A stretch of 64,000 nucleotides of DNA from Vermamoeba vermiformis (Eukaryota), in NCBI GenBank assembly GCA_045837725.1, contig JBEWZL010000202.1, positions 496,001 through 560,000 on the forward strand, in the 5' to 3' direction. Shown here one piece after another: positions 13,189 to 27,052 of this stretch (positions are counted from its first letter, which is position 1; each line of letters begins with the position of its first letter). The notes below the pieces were generated by a model. The model searched no databases. It had not been told where the DNA came from and worked only from the letters and a program-made list of their open reading frames with translations. The position numbers were made by a program, and so were the translations under genes.

Positions 13189-13288
13189 CGAGGAACAGGT
13201 TATCTTCTGTTGTCTGTTTGCGGTTGTGCTGCGGCGTCCTGACGTGTCTCGACTGGTACTGCCTGACCTCATTGCAATTAGCAGGCTA

Positions 13289-15353
13289 TTACTTCAACAA
13301 TTGCTGCTCCACTGCAACCACAGCAGATTGAAGTAAATGCACCGTGGTATCTATGTGCCTCGCACAAATCTGCAACATAAAATAGTAACTGCGGTGAAAC
13401 TCCCCTGTCTTGTCCTTCTTGTAGATGATGTACTGCTTCGCTGGATTAGCGTGTGAATTGTCCAACTTACTACAATAAATGTCCGTCGGCGACCATTCTT
13501 ATCTAAGCTTGATTACACTACGTACCGCCTCTTTCTGGCAGGTCCTTCATCGTCCATGTCATCAAATGACACGTCGTTTTGTGAGCCAAATGATGCGCGG
13601 CGTCGTACAGGAGAGCGAGATCTAGAAGGAGCTGTGCTTCGACCCAAGACCTCAAACAAATCACTGACCTCTCGCGAACCTGTTGGCCAATCTTCATTGC
13701 TGAATATCTGATTGCGACAGAAGTCCAAATACGTTTGTAATCCATCCTTAGGCATGCGATGCAACTCCCTACGTGGCATTAGCAAAGATAACATATACAC
13801 AATGCAATTACTAACGTACATTAAGTTCCAAGGATGAGTGATATGTGACTTAATTAACATCTTCATGCGCTGATCTATCCACTCGCGCAACGTGCTGAAT
13901 GGAAGCGAAGACGCCAATCTCTTGTTGCAAGGCGCAAGATCTCTGTCCCAGTCATCGTCGAACCCCAAGCACATCTTCATGGCTACAATCACATACGACA
14001 TTAGCACTGCTCGCATTGGCAGTGACGAGTGAATTGAGTCGCGCATTAGATGTCGCAGAGGATCCGATCGTTCGATTAACTTCAACGTAGGGCCATATAA
14101 TTGCTCTAAAGTCTATTAACGCCATTGTAACACGTGATGTTCAAGTCTTACGTGGAAAGCCCATGTCTTGAAATAAACGATAGATGAATGGTGGTGGATT
14201 AATAGGCGGTGGGTTGAAGTCTAAAAATACTGCCAACTTCTTCGAAGTGTCCGTTAAAAACGGGCAAGTCGGGAAGTATTGCTGCGAGGGAGTTAACGAA
14301 TGCAATAAGATCTCTAATATAAACCTACCAGCGACTTTAAGAACGATATTTTGTCGATGTTACGCGGCAATGAGTTGACTACTGAGACAAAGGGCAATTC
14401 ACCGGAGCGCATCCAGCGCATAATGTCTGAAATGTCGATGGGTTCACGGCACCATAGACAACCGAGGTAGATGAAGCAAACACTCAGCGAGAACTTGGGC
14501 TTCTTGCGCGATAAAAATGCAGTGATTGGAGGTGCTTTTTCTTTGTCTTCGGTCTTTGCAGCCTCGCCGTTATTCTCTCCGTGCTGTTGGTCAGCATTCA
14601 CATTGGACTTATCAGTAACGTTCGTATTGTTCAACGGATCACTGCTAGCGTGATTCTGTACGACCTCTTCTTCGATGGCGTCGTTATTCTTGTTCGCTAT
14701 ATTCTCCGGTGCTGGGCTCTCATTCGCAGCGGGATCCGATTGATCAACACTGTCTTGCAGCTCGTCGTTGTCTTTATTCTCGTCTTCACCGTCGACTATA
14801 ACCTGACTGGCTTCATCAGACTTGTCGGTGTCTGTATAAACATGTTCGTAGTATTTCTTCAGAAATTGCAACCAGAGCTGGCCCACGATCTGATACAAGT
14901 TCTCACTGCATCCAAAACGGCTAATCATCGTCTCAACTTGACTTTGTAGAACCATTTGAAACCCTTCTTCGTACGATAATAGTTCTACCTCCTTTTTTTC
15001 CACTGAAACAACGATAATTATTATTGAACTTCACGATCCGATCAGATCGCGCCAAGAAAAATTAGTTACCTTTTTTCTTCGTTTTTACGTGACGAGTAGA
15101 CGTAATATTCGACTCAAACTCGACGACTTCATTGGCGTAGTCCTTGAATATAATTATTAGTATTTTAATTAAATATTTTTAGTTAGATCAGAGCGCAACG
15201 CGGTAAACAAATTGAATTGGGAAAAAATACATTAGCGTATGCGAAAAAATAATGTTATAAGCTTACTTGAGACTGCGTTCCGCAGATCTCGCAAACGTAG
15301 TCACCGCCTTCAGTCTGCGAGAAAGACTCGCTGCGGCACACTCGACAAATCAT
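13289..15353 (-). CDS. TAF1B: RNA polymerase I initiation factor TAF1B/Rrn7-like (multi-exon)
   Basis: N-terminal zinc ribbon CRVC...GDYVCEICGTQSQ. Also YEEGFQMVLQSQV and SVCFIYLGCLWCREPIDISDIMRWMRSGELPF, typical of Rrn7/TAF1B. Confidence 0.85.
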
Positions 15354-15861
15354 ATATAAACAAGGATTAGAATATTATGCATAGACGTGAACGTTGTTGT
15401 GCCGGTTGTGGATCGATCAATAAAAATAAGTTGTGCCCGCGGAAATATTGGTGCTACTTCGTTTTTTAAAGACGGAGGCATTAAAACTAATACAAAACGA
15501 TTTCAGTGATATAAACGTACGTTTCCACTGTTTCTATTACATTGTTATTGCCCCACAGCCGTTCATCTAGATGTTGTCATAACTTTGTTATTTGCTCTTT
15601 GTCACGCTCCACTCGATGTATCATCCAATATATATTTATTGTTAGAGTTTTAATCACAAAATGTACAAAATTTCCGTCGTTTGTAGCTAACAGCAAGAAT
15701 CTGAAAATAATAACGTTATTAATTCCACGCCAAAATTGAAATTACGAGTAAAATATTGCTATAAAAATACTATTATCGACAATATACTCGATAATAATTT
15801 TGCACACGAGAAAGATAAACTGTGGCTTTATAAAAAATTATTATTGTTACCTTCAAATAAA

Positions 15862-16071
15862 TTAATGGTGACCTCCGTGGTGATCGTCGTGGCCATGTCC
15901 GTCGTGTTTTTTGCCACCTCTGAAGAATCCAGCAATAGTATCAAGAACAACATAGCCTGAGAACAGAACGACTGCAGTTCCAAATCCGGGCATGATATTT
16001 CGAAGTTTGGGCTTCAAGTCAGGATGAGCGCGCCATGACTCAGCTTTAACATTCCATTTGTGATCAGCCAT
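15862..16071 (-). CDS. NDUFB3: NADH dehydrogenase (complex I) B12 subunit
   Basis: 69 aa: AESWRAHP...MPGFGTAVVLFSGYVV, one TM helix, His-rich tail. Confidence 0.85.
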   Translation of the reverse strand: MADHKWNVKAESWRAHPDLKPKLRNIMPGFGTAVVLFSGYVVLDTIAGFFRGGKKHDGHGHDDHHGGHH

Positions 16072-16275
16072 GGTTGTGTTAATCTTAAAGTATCGTAGCT
16101 AGCTTCGTTGTTCAGCGTTCTCGCGTTTTGGTGCGCAAAAAAATTCAGGCCAAATTTTCTCGGCCAAAAACTTTGGCTGAAAATTTCTGCCAAATTTCTC
16201 TTCGCTCCCTTTGCTCCTGAATCTTGTTTCCATCAATCCCCGTTCTGCTCTTTTAACGAAACACACGAAGACAAA

Positions 16276-17037
16276 ATGGTACGCATCGTTTGATAATCGT
16301 CTAGGAGACGCTTTCGGAACATGTTAGAACGGCACCAGAACGAGATCGAGGATTATTTTAGTCGATGCAGCATTATTTTGATTATAATTATCAAGCGCGT
16401 TGCTAAACATAATAATAATTCACTATATTAATTATCCTTCGATGCTTGTGGTGCCCAATAATAATTTTAAAAACCGAAATGAATAATTTCTGATCGTCAA
16501 TTATTTTATTAGCCCCCAAAGGCCGCCGGAGGTAAAAGCAAGCAAATTCAAGCCGCCAAGGCTTCCGCTAAGGGAGCTGCCGGAGGTGGTTCCAAGAAGG
16601 AAAAGAAGAAGGTTAGTGTCGACGATCAACAATTATTGAAAATATTAGAATATTTATTATTCATAATACGAGCCAAATTAACTTACCATTGGAGTTAACA
16701 ATCAATTATTGGATTATTTAGAAGTGTATTATTTGTTGAATCGATTTTTGGTTACGTGAATCTGACATTCTATTATTTTTAGTGGTCAAAGGGTAAGGTC
16801 AAGGATAAGCAATCCAACAAGGTTGTCTTTGACAAGGAAACATGGGCCAAGCTCCAAAAGGAAATCCCCAGCGCTAAGGTGATCACTCCCTCCATTGTCT
16901 CTGACCGTCTTCGTGTTAACGCCTCATTGGCTCGTCGTGCCATCAAGGAATTGGCTGCCAAGGGTCTCATTAAGAAAGTTGCTGATCACAACAGAATTAC
17001 GATCTACACTCGTATCCCCGGCAAGGACGAGAAATAA
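16276..17037 (+). CDS. RPS25: 40S ribosomal protein S25 (eS25); first coding exon is only the ATG
   Basis: M|PPKAAGGK...[17 protein letters not shown]...[24 protein letters not shown]...IYTR. Confidence 0.97.
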
Positions 17038-17135
17038 GCTCGATCTGTCTTGTCAAAATAAACCCGAAAATTTAACAAAACCTAGGTCTGCTACCTTTCG
17101 AAAACGCCTAATTGCTAATGAACAAGCTAGTTTAT

Positions 17136-17959
17136 TTACATGGCGTTGAGTTGTGCAGCAGTCTCCTTCTTGTATGGCAACTTGCCTGCGAGTTTGAGCG
17201 CTTTAAACTTCTCCTCTGTGGGTAGAGCTATTAGTTATAAAGATCAAGCTTAGGACCGTACGTGTGATAGTAGCTCACAAGGTCGCTTGTTAGCACTTGT
17301 ACGTAGCGAAAGTAATTGTTTTTCACTTACCGAGCCTCAGCGTGTACTGATCCAAAAGAGCGACTGTTTTTTCGAGTTCGTTGACACTAGCTTCGATCTC
17401 GTCAATCTTGCTTAAATAGGGCAGGAACTCAGTATCTATACAAGAGATAAAGGATTAATACGGTGGTTTCAGTTCGTCGACAGGATCGAGCAAGATCGTG
17501 GCACTTACACTTCTGTTGCAGTAGTGTCATGTACTCTACGAGACCGTGCGCCGTGTTTGTCATGTCCACGTATTTGTCTTTTGTCATATTGTTCATCGTC
17601 TCTAACAGCTTGTAGTCCTCGGAGGTTGCTGAAGATACCGATCAGTCCAAAAGTCATTTGATATAAAAAATATTCGGTAAAAATTCTGATTAAGTATTGT
17701 GCATTCATACAATGTTCGCTGCTGTAAAAAGTTATGAAAGCGAGAATACAATTTGTAAAAATCAAATTCAATAGAACCAACCTGTAATTTCGCCTTGCAA
17801 ATATTTTTCAACGTTGCTAAATAATTCTTTAGTGCTATTTATCAAATTATTTTGAATATCTTGATTAATTTGTTGACGCTTTGATTTTTCCTTCTGTTTT
17901 TCCTCTTCTCGTTGCTTCTCAGCATCTTGATTAGGCACCACCTCCTTATTTGCCTCCAT
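17136..17959 (-). CDS. BLOC1S2: BLOC-1 subunit 2
   Basis: LFSNVEKYLQGE...TSEDYKLLETMN...KYVDM...PYLSKIDEIEASVNELEKTVALLDQYTLRLEEKFK. Confidence 0.85.
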
Positions 17960-18195
17960 TTGTAATATTGTCGATTGTTGTATGTCAACTAAAATAATAA
18001 AGTACCTGTGGTCGGGACCTAAATTTCGGGTTTGTTGAAAGATCCACAAATTTTGGCTATTTCTGTCAGATCAAGCAACGAGAGGCATCAACATTATCAC
18101 CAAATTAACGAAGACTTCTGTTTAACACAGAGTCACTATTTGCAAATCCAGTTCTAGGATTTACCCAATCGGACTTTTGAAGCGGGTACGGACAA

Positions 18196-21100
18196 ATGGA
18201 GCGGAGTATATTTAGAGCATCACTATTGGGTAGTAATGGCGGTGGTAGGTTATTTATTGGAGTTAGATCTGCAATTTTTCTTTTAAAACTTAGAAGAATT
18301 TAACGAAAAATTCTTATTTCATATAAAATTAGTCTATTATGTACAGAGTAATTAAATACGAAATTATTTATTATTTTTGTTGCAGATCAAGAAAAAAAGA
18401 GAAAAATTTCGTTGTCTACTTCTCAGTTTACTAGAGGCGAAAATAAGCCTGAAAATAGTGAATTAGAGAAAGGTGAGGACATTCTTTTCTTATAGACGCT
18501 CTCAATATTAACATTTTATTAGGGAATTCACCGAAACGAAAATTGGAGGTCACTGACAACGAAGAAGATGACAGACCATTGAAAAAGCAAAAATTAATAT
18601 CTGAGGAGAATATTGATAATTTGCAAGATCAAAGAGGACCCGAAGACGATTTTGAATCATTTTTTGAGACCACTCTTCCGACGTCGAACGATGATGTAAA
18701 TACCAACCAAGTTCCACGCGAAGATAAAAGCGAAGAAAATAGTAATAACAACAACACGAATGAAAGTGGCGATAAAGACGTCGATGAAGAGGGCTTAGAG
18801 TCGTTGGAAGAGATGCACTTATCACCAGCTTTGTTTGGCGACAGTGACGTGGACGAGCAAGACAACCAATCAGAGAATAATCAGAGCCTCAATGACATGA
18901 AACTCGTTGAGATCAAGGATGATGAGGTCTCAGTGACTGCTCACAAAAACAGTGCGGGTGTTATTGACCTCAAAAAGGCCCATCCAAATGACGACGATGA
19001 TTTTGACATGAAGCGCGAAGGCATATCGAATACAGAAGACAACAGAGTTGACCTGTCCACGGAACAAGAGACTGAAGGAGAAAAAGAACTGATTGGCGAT
19101 TTGATTCTGTCACCTGAAGGCGAAGAACCGGTGGTCAAAGTAGTTGCCGCTATCAATCGAAAGCTGCGACCTTATCAACGCGAAGGCGTTAAATTTTTGT
19201 ACGTAAATGCCGCTTATAATTTTATACGCAAGTCACTAACATTATAATCCGTTTTGTAGGTATAATTTGTATAGAAGTAATAAGGGGGTACGTACCACGA
19301 TATTTTTTTGTTTCGAGTACTAATGTTCATTTCTGCAGGGAATCTTGGGCGACGGTAATATACAATGATGACGCTAGCTATGATTTAGTCTAATAATTTT
19401 GATATTAGATATGGGTTTGGGAAAGACAGTGCAAACAATTAGCTTTATCAGCGCGATTTTGGCAGAGAGGAAGAAACCGACATTCAAATTCAAATTGGGT
19501 GGGAAGACTGAGCCGGTTAATAACGGCGATGAAGAGAAGGAGAAATTTCAACCAGTTTTAGTTATTGCGCCATCAGGTGTGGTGATGAACTGGGAACGAG
19601 AGTTTCAGAACTGGGGAAAATTGATGGGAAGGACATTTGCCGTGCATCGGTACATGGGACCGCAACGAGATCGTATCCAAACCACTTAGATATATCAACT
19701 TTATTATCATCTTTGATGTTTTTCTTTGACTCTAACGCGCCACAGTATCAACCGTTCAGAGGGGCAACAGTGACGTAGTGCTCAGCAGCTATGACACGTT
19801 CAGACGTGATTTTGACTTGATCAACACCATCGACTGGGCGTGCATAGTCTTCGACGAAGTGCATAAAGTTAAAGGTATGAATGCACTGGACGCGTTATTC
19901 GTTGTACTAACACTGTACAGATCGCAAAGCAAAGATCACAGTAGTTTGCAAGCAGCTACGCACGCAGAGGAGATACGGCTTGACGGGCACTGTAATGCAG
20001 AACAATTTTGAAGAGTTGTGGACCTTGCTGGACTTTGTACAAGAGGGCTGCTTGGAGACGCTTGATGTGTTCCGCAAAAAGTAAGTCAAGCACGCACTCT
20101 TTGGCCAATATCGTAACACTTGCTATTAGGTACATCAATGCAATTAAGAACGGGCAACGACGTGACGCTTCGCCCATGGAATTGGCTAAATCAAAAGTGG
20201 CTGTTCAGCGCTTGAACAGAATTTTGAAGGGAGTCATTCTACGGAGAGACCAGTCAATTATCAAAGACTTGTTGCCTGGCAAAGACGACAACATTGTTTT
20301 CTGCCAGTTGTCAGAACTTCAGCTCAAGATTTACAAGAAACTTTTGCAGTCCCAAGAGCTGCAAATGTTGATCAAACTCAAAGACAAATGCGCGTGTGGC
20401 TCAGGGAAAAAAGGAGGCGAATGTTGTTTGGAATCATCAGCTTCTGGTGTCCCTTGGAAACAGCTCGTCTTCCCAGCTATTTTGACACTACAAAAGATCG
20501 CCAACCACCCTGGTCTATTACTCGCCAAGTCAGAGTCCAAGGCGGATGCGATGCCCGACTTTGTACGCACCGCAATCGCCGAGTTTATTCCCGACATCAA
20601 GAATTTGCTTGGCGAGTCCAAGCACGACGACTTGTGCGGCAAGATGAGGACATTGGCCTCGCTATTGAACATTTGGTCAACACAAAACAAGAAGGTCTTG
20701 TTGTTCTCGTACTCGACACGAATGTTGGACATTCTGGAACAGTTCATTAAGCTCAACAACTACTCTTATTCACGGCTCGATGGTGCTATGGGCATTGTCG
20801 ATCGGCAGCGCGAGATGGACACTTTCAACAAGCAGAATGCTCAGAACAAGTTCATCTTTTTGATCAGCACTAAGGCTGGTGGCCTCGGATTGAACATCAC
20901 CTCTGCATCGATTGTCGTGGTTTTTGATGCTTCGTGGAACGTGACAAACGATCTGCAAGCACAAGATCGCGCTTATCGCATTGGCCAGACCAAGTACACG
21001 CACGTGTATCGCCTGGTGAGTGCGGGCACAATTGAAGAGATGGTATACAATCGACAGATCTACAAGCAACAAATGGCGAGTATTGGTGTTGAAGGGCGCC

Positions 21101-22785
21101 ACGAGCGGAGATATTTCACTGGTGTGTTGGGCGTCAAGGGCTCTGAAGGCGAGATCTTTGGTCTTGCTAACTTGCTCAAGCTCAACACGGACAAGATCCT
21201 CACGTCGGGTACGGTCATAAGCTCATCTTTGTATTAGTTTGCCTTACTAATGTTTGACCTCAGAAATTATCAAGGAAGCCAAGCAAGAGGAGACGCAATA
21301 TCGCATTGAGAAGCGACAAGCGACGACGACTAGTGACGGCATACAAGACTTGATGAAGCAAGTGCTCGATGAAAATCTGCCCGCGGAGCAGCCCACGGAG
21401 ATTTTAGACCTTGACGATCTTGAAGGACGCATCGCTCAGAACTCATATGACGAGAACCTTGCCAAGTTGATGCGCGAGAACGGTGTTGTTTATTCGCACA
21501 ATAACAAGGTAAGCCTAATCAATCTCATCCGCGCACATGGTCTAATTTGTAATCGCAGCAAATCCTCGGTGACAGCCAGTTTGAGCGAAAGATGGCCGAA
21601 GATGCACGACGGGTCTATGAACGCGAAGCGAGACTAAAAGCAGTACGTAACCGTGCCTTATTAATGCTGTGATGATGACTAATGACATGACGATAGGTGA
21701 TGGAGGGCAGGGACTTGTCAAAGGGGTCATTCTCAGCACGTGATTTGGACCTCAATCCGCAGCCCTACACGGGTCTCTCGCCAAACACGTACCGCCAATT
21801 GTCGCCCAACGTTCAAGCGATGATGGCACCGTATGTGCAAAAGACAACAATGGCAGGCCTGTCATCAAGTACGCACCCGGCAGTGTCCTCACTTCACCCT
21901 GAAAAAGGTCGACCGTTGCAGTTGAATCGGTTCTCACCACCAACGTCGTCATTTCTGCCCAAGAACTTTGAGAAGCAGCAGCAATTGATCACAATCTCGA
22001 GTGAGGAAAGTGACGATTCGGACGATGAAGTACAGATCGACAGCAATTTGAGCACTGCTCCGCGGCTAATTCGCGACTTCGACGCATATTTGGCACAACA
22101 ACGCGAACTGTTGTCACATCCGAGTGAAACGTCGCGCATTCCATTGCCGCAACAACAGCTGCACAACAACTTGAGCGGCGCGAGACCATTCATGCCCACT
22201 GTGCCGTTGCCTGGTGGCATGCATCAGGCCGTCCAAGCTGTGCAACATCGAGGCATTCCTCCTGCTGTCCTCGGACCTGCTCCAAACTTGGGCCTCGAGT
22301 AAGTATAACTTTGATTTAGTACGAGTAATTGCCCCTCTAACGCGTGTACTCGCAGCACGTCTCCTGCGTCACACAGGCTCACTCCTGAAGACATGGCACG
22401 GTTGAAAAAGTATGTTCCACTGCCAACACAAGCTCCTAATGCCAATGGCCAACAACCAACCGCTCCTCTATCACTGAATGCGCAATTACAAGGCGGAGCA
22501 GTTCCCATGGCACATCTGCTGATCAATAGCACCGCGGCAGCGAATAATAGTAGTGGCACTGCGGCGCCTGGTCTCACAGCGAACAGTAACAACTCCAGCT
22601 TGAATCAGTTCCGCGCCTTGTTCCCGCAGCACAACTTTGACAATTTGTTGCCAAAGCAGCCGCCTTCAATCGACGTGCTCTTAAACAATAACAACAATAC
22701 TCAAGCTGCTGCACCCACAACACCGCAGCCAGCGAGCAGTGCGGAGAAACAGAACTTGGCCGCACAAGTGATTGACATCGATTGA
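18196..22785 (+). CDS. ERCC6L2: SNF2-family ATPase, ERCC6L2/Rad26-like (multi-exon)
   Basis: LRPYQREGVKFL, GILGDDMGLGKTVQ, DEVH, LTGTVMQNNFEELW, LISTKAGGLGLN, DLQAQDRAYRIGQ, RQIYKQQ...ERRYF. Start codon is tentative. Confidence 0.85.
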
Positions 22786-23040
22786 AAGTACTCGTGGTAT
22801 TGTTTATGTACATAAACTTTTGTGAATTTATTTTTGGCTTCCTGACCCTCACGCTGTTGCAGATTGTTGTGGCAGGATTTTCGGGCCGCCCATCATAACA
22901 GGGACGTGAAACGCGTCCAGTGAGTGTCAGTGCAATCCGGATATGTACATCCGGGTCTGCGATTTACTCGTTGTTGAAATTCAATGTCAGCAACCTACTA
23001 CATCAGATTAATTACATAATACTGGTGGCATTAAGTGGAC

Positions 23041-26000
23041 TTACTGCTCCATTGACTTTTCTTTCTCCATGTCTCCAAATATTCCTTCGTTCTCTTCCTG
23101 ATCTCGTTTCGGAGATTTCCTTTTGTGCGGTGAACGAGTGCGCGCAGTGTTCGCACTGAGTCCACTTTTACTAGGACTAGTGCTGAACGAGAAGCTAAAC
23201 GCATTCGTCGTCGAAGGGGTCGTGTTTGGGTCATTCCTGTTGGGTCCGAGGCCGCCGAATGTGAAGCCAAACGCATTGACTGATGTTGCAGGACTCGTGC
23301 TGACGTCACTGTCGCTCGTACTGGCATTGAATGTCACGCCATTAGCAAAGACTGGCGTTGTTGTGCTCGTGTTGTGCTCGCTCTTGTTCGCCTCAGCATC
23401 GAGTGTGAATTCGCCAGTGAAGGGTGCGGTCGTTGGCGATGTGTTGGTGTTGTTGGGGCTGAGTCCGAGTGTGAAACTACTCGCGAGGGGAGGGGTCGAT
23501 GGGCTCGTGTTGGTCTTGCTAGGACTGGCGGTATCGAGCAGCGAGGAGCCAAATCCACTCGGCGTTAACGAGGGACTGGTGCTCGGTTCAATTTCGTTAG
23601 TGGCGTTGAATGTGATGCCACCTGCAAAGCCCGTGAAACCCGATGGCGAAGGACTGGAGCCAACACGACTAAAGTTAAAGCTTGGACTTGAACGCTTGCT
23701 GTGTCCTTTGCTGGTGTCTTTGTCGTGAGATTTGAAAGGGTTGTCGTTCAGTGAAGTGTCGGGCACGAGTGTTTCTTGAGGCTCTAAAGCTAGATCTGCA
23801 ATGGCATTGCCACCAAGTGTCAGCACTGCCATATTTGGTTGTTCGCCTTTCCAATTTGTTGCCATGCAGTCGTATTCGAAATCATTCGCGGTTTTTTTCT
23901 TCGGTGAACGGTACGATGGGCTCCAAGAGGTGGACTTGGGCGTAGGTTGTTTAGCAGGCTCTTCGTTGAGTTTCTTCAACACGTGCTCCAAGAATTTTTC
24001 CGTCTCTTCTTGGCCCGACGGAAGAACTTCACTTGGGTCTTTAATGTTATATCCCGCGAGTTTTCCCCACTCACTCGAGTTCCTCAGTTTGCCCGCCTCG
24101 CTCCAATAGGTGGCCTCTTTGATTCGTTCGGCTTCACTTTTATGCACCACCGAGCCCCGTTCACTCATAATTTGTACTTGTCTTTTCATGTGCGTCGTGC
24201 GCGATTTTAACTCTTGTGCGACTTGGTGCAGTTGTTGGGGCAATTTGCTAAACGCCTAGGTGAGACAAGTGTCAGCGGCACTTTACGTGTCAAAAGTGTC
24301 AAAAGTGTCAACATGTCATCATGCGTTACAGGCACGTACCTCTTGCGAACAGTGCTGCGAGGCATAATACGCGCAGTTCTCAATGAGCTGATGTGCGTTG
24401 TGTCGTTCAGCGGCCTCGTAAATCAACAACAAATTTTCTTCGTCCAGTCCTTCAACTAGCAGCTGCTCGCACCTTAATACCAGTCAATATTAATAAGACA
24501 TATTGCAGTCTATATGCTTGTTATTGAGGCTACTTACTGTTCCTTCAGCCGATCAATGTGGAACACATCCGCAATGGCCAACATTTCCATCACGTTCTCG
24601 CCTTAAGTGCGATTAATATAATAATACAGCCATATTATTAATAATGCAAGTATTAGTCCTTACCCGTGACCTCGCAATCACCAGCGTACAAGTACGCAAA
24701 CAACAATTCAACTGCTTCATGTGAAAATCCGCCCAAGTTCGCAGTGCTCTCGCGTGCCTCCTTCCATTCTGCGCACAAATGAGTCAGCGAATAAATTCAG
24801 CGTGTTAATGCCTCACTGACCTCCCGTGAAGAATGTGCTCAGTGTTTTACACGTGGCAGAAATAACGCATTTGTGGCCTTTAACTTCCTTGGAATCGACT
24901 AAATATGGCGTATATTAGCATTAATAGACAACCTATGATATTAGGAACTATATTAAAACAGTACCAGTGAATGAAATGTCCGAAAAGTCACCGGATTTGA
25001 GCAGGGCTGCGAGATCTGCCGAAAGCATTTGTTCGGCCTCTGACCCTCGTGGGCTCCCTACGATGTATTCTAAAAGGGATCAGTTATAACTACATTCAGT
25101 TTTACCGCTAGGACATACCTTGGATTGCCTCAAAGTTGGTCACATCCGCGACGTACAGGTAAGCAAGGACAGCTTCAAAAACAGTCGTGGGAACTGAGGC
25201 CTTAATCGTAACAATACAGTCCTTAGTCTTCATAACATCTGCTATATTCGGTTCATGCCACAACAAATCAGATCTGACTCGGTGCAAGCGCGCACTGATG
25301 ACGCACCGATGTCCGTTGTAGATCTGCTCGCCGTGCTTGAATTTCATGTCGGAGAAGGTAGGACTGTTCAATATGTTGCGCATGTCTCGCGTGAATGTCG
25401 ATCTGGACACGATAATATCTAAAACAAAGCGAAAAGTTAGGTACATCTGGATCTGAAAATTTAGGATTGGTAAAATGATTTAAAAGCTATAATATTAATA
25501 TCGCAAATAATATAAACTCGATGCTATTTTAAAGTTTAAGATTCAAAATTACCTGCAGGCAATGAGAACAAGTACTCTGCGACACTTGCAAATCTGTTTT
25601 TGTTTTCAGCGCTGTTGAACACGTGATCGTAGAGCGGAGTATTATCAAATTCCATCATTCGCAAGCGCGGAATAATTTTGATTAGTGTTGACGGCACGCG
25701 TTCCAGTGGGTTGTGGCTCAAATTGATCGACCACAAGTTACTCATGCTGCCGATCGATGGATTGACCTCACTTTCCATAAAAGGTAAGTGCCGTAATCGC
25801 TAATAATCTATGCGATGATAATTACCATACCGAATTTGGTTATGTGTGGCGATGATGGCTTCCAAATTTTGCAGTTTTCCGATCTCGGTCGGTAACGCGG
25901 TCAATTCGTTGTGTGAAATGTTCAAAAACTTCAAACTCGACAAAAAGCCTATAATATAATATTAAAAGACTATAATAGGTGCAAATAAGACATTAGAGTG

Positions 26001-26534
26001 GTACCATAAGTGCCAGGCAGCTCGCGCAAATTATTATAAGCGACGTTAAGTTCGAGTAGATTGGTTAATTTGCCTAATACAGACCAAATTAATAAAATTA
26101 ATAAAATTAATAAATAATTTTCAACGTAAGACGCACCAATAGTCTCGGGCAGAAACGATAACTCGTTGTGATCCAATATTAAGTACTTTAAGCTAACCAA
26201 ATTGCCTGTTATTTAATTACATTAGTAACCGATAGTTATATAATACTTTTTTACGAACCAATCGCCGGTGAGAGTTCTTTCACGCAACATCTGCTCATGT
26301 CCAGCGTTACAATGTGAGTGAAATCCTGTAGTGTCTTTGGAAATTTTGATATTTGAGTGTTGCTTAATACCACCGTCGAATAGTGCTTTAATCTTTGCAC
26401 GATTGATTCGGGAATATCGCTGATTTGTTTGTATGACAGATCTATTTTCGTAGAATTAAATTTAAATTGCAACAATATTTCTTATATTTTTAAAATACCC
26501 ACCTAATGGCCGCTCGACTGCTTCCGAACGCCAT
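23041..26534 (-). CDS. Leucine-rich repeat plus tandem BTB protein with a long S/T/F-rich low-complexity tail
   Basis: LRRs (LKYLILDHNELSFLPETIG, LLELNVAYNNLRELP). Two BTB domains (FSDMKF...GHRCVISAR; DFSDISF...GHKCVISATC). ~400-aa terminal exon. Confidence 0.8.
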
Positions 26535-27052
26535 AAAGTCGTAAGAGACGATTCAACTTGAAGAAAATTCGAAATTACGGAATGATCTGTCGAAAACAAG
26601 GGCGAATAAGCCAATTATGGTCGTTAAGCTATGCATTAAGCAACTTACTATCTAAATTATTTGTTTCCGCGGCTTCCATGGTGTTTCACGCGCTGAAAAA
26701 TAGTTGTATAATTTTTGGCCGTCAAAACTGTTCTGCAGGCAAATCTTCTTTTATTCCCGTGCATTTTCTACTGTGCGTGTTTCCACAACGAAGTAAGAGT
26801 TAATAAATAGATCTCACAGCAATTACATGTAGAGATCTAGCTGTGTGCGTACAAGGTGTCAAACGGGACCATTAGGCCTCACACAAAAAAATTCATGGAA
26901 CTAATTCGGATAACCATAGGACAATTAATGGGACGACCGGTCACTTCTTCTTTTACAATCCCAGCCCAGACCACACGGCGCTGTAAAAGATTGGATCTTT
27001 TCCTACCTCAATTTAATTCTGAGCTGCAGCTGCAATATCTTTAGAACCACAG

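Noticed and set aside
19673-19745. GTATCC donor suggesting a U12-type intron in ERCC6L2
   Set aside because: Donor is GTATCCAA rather than GTATCCTT and the branch-site match is weak.
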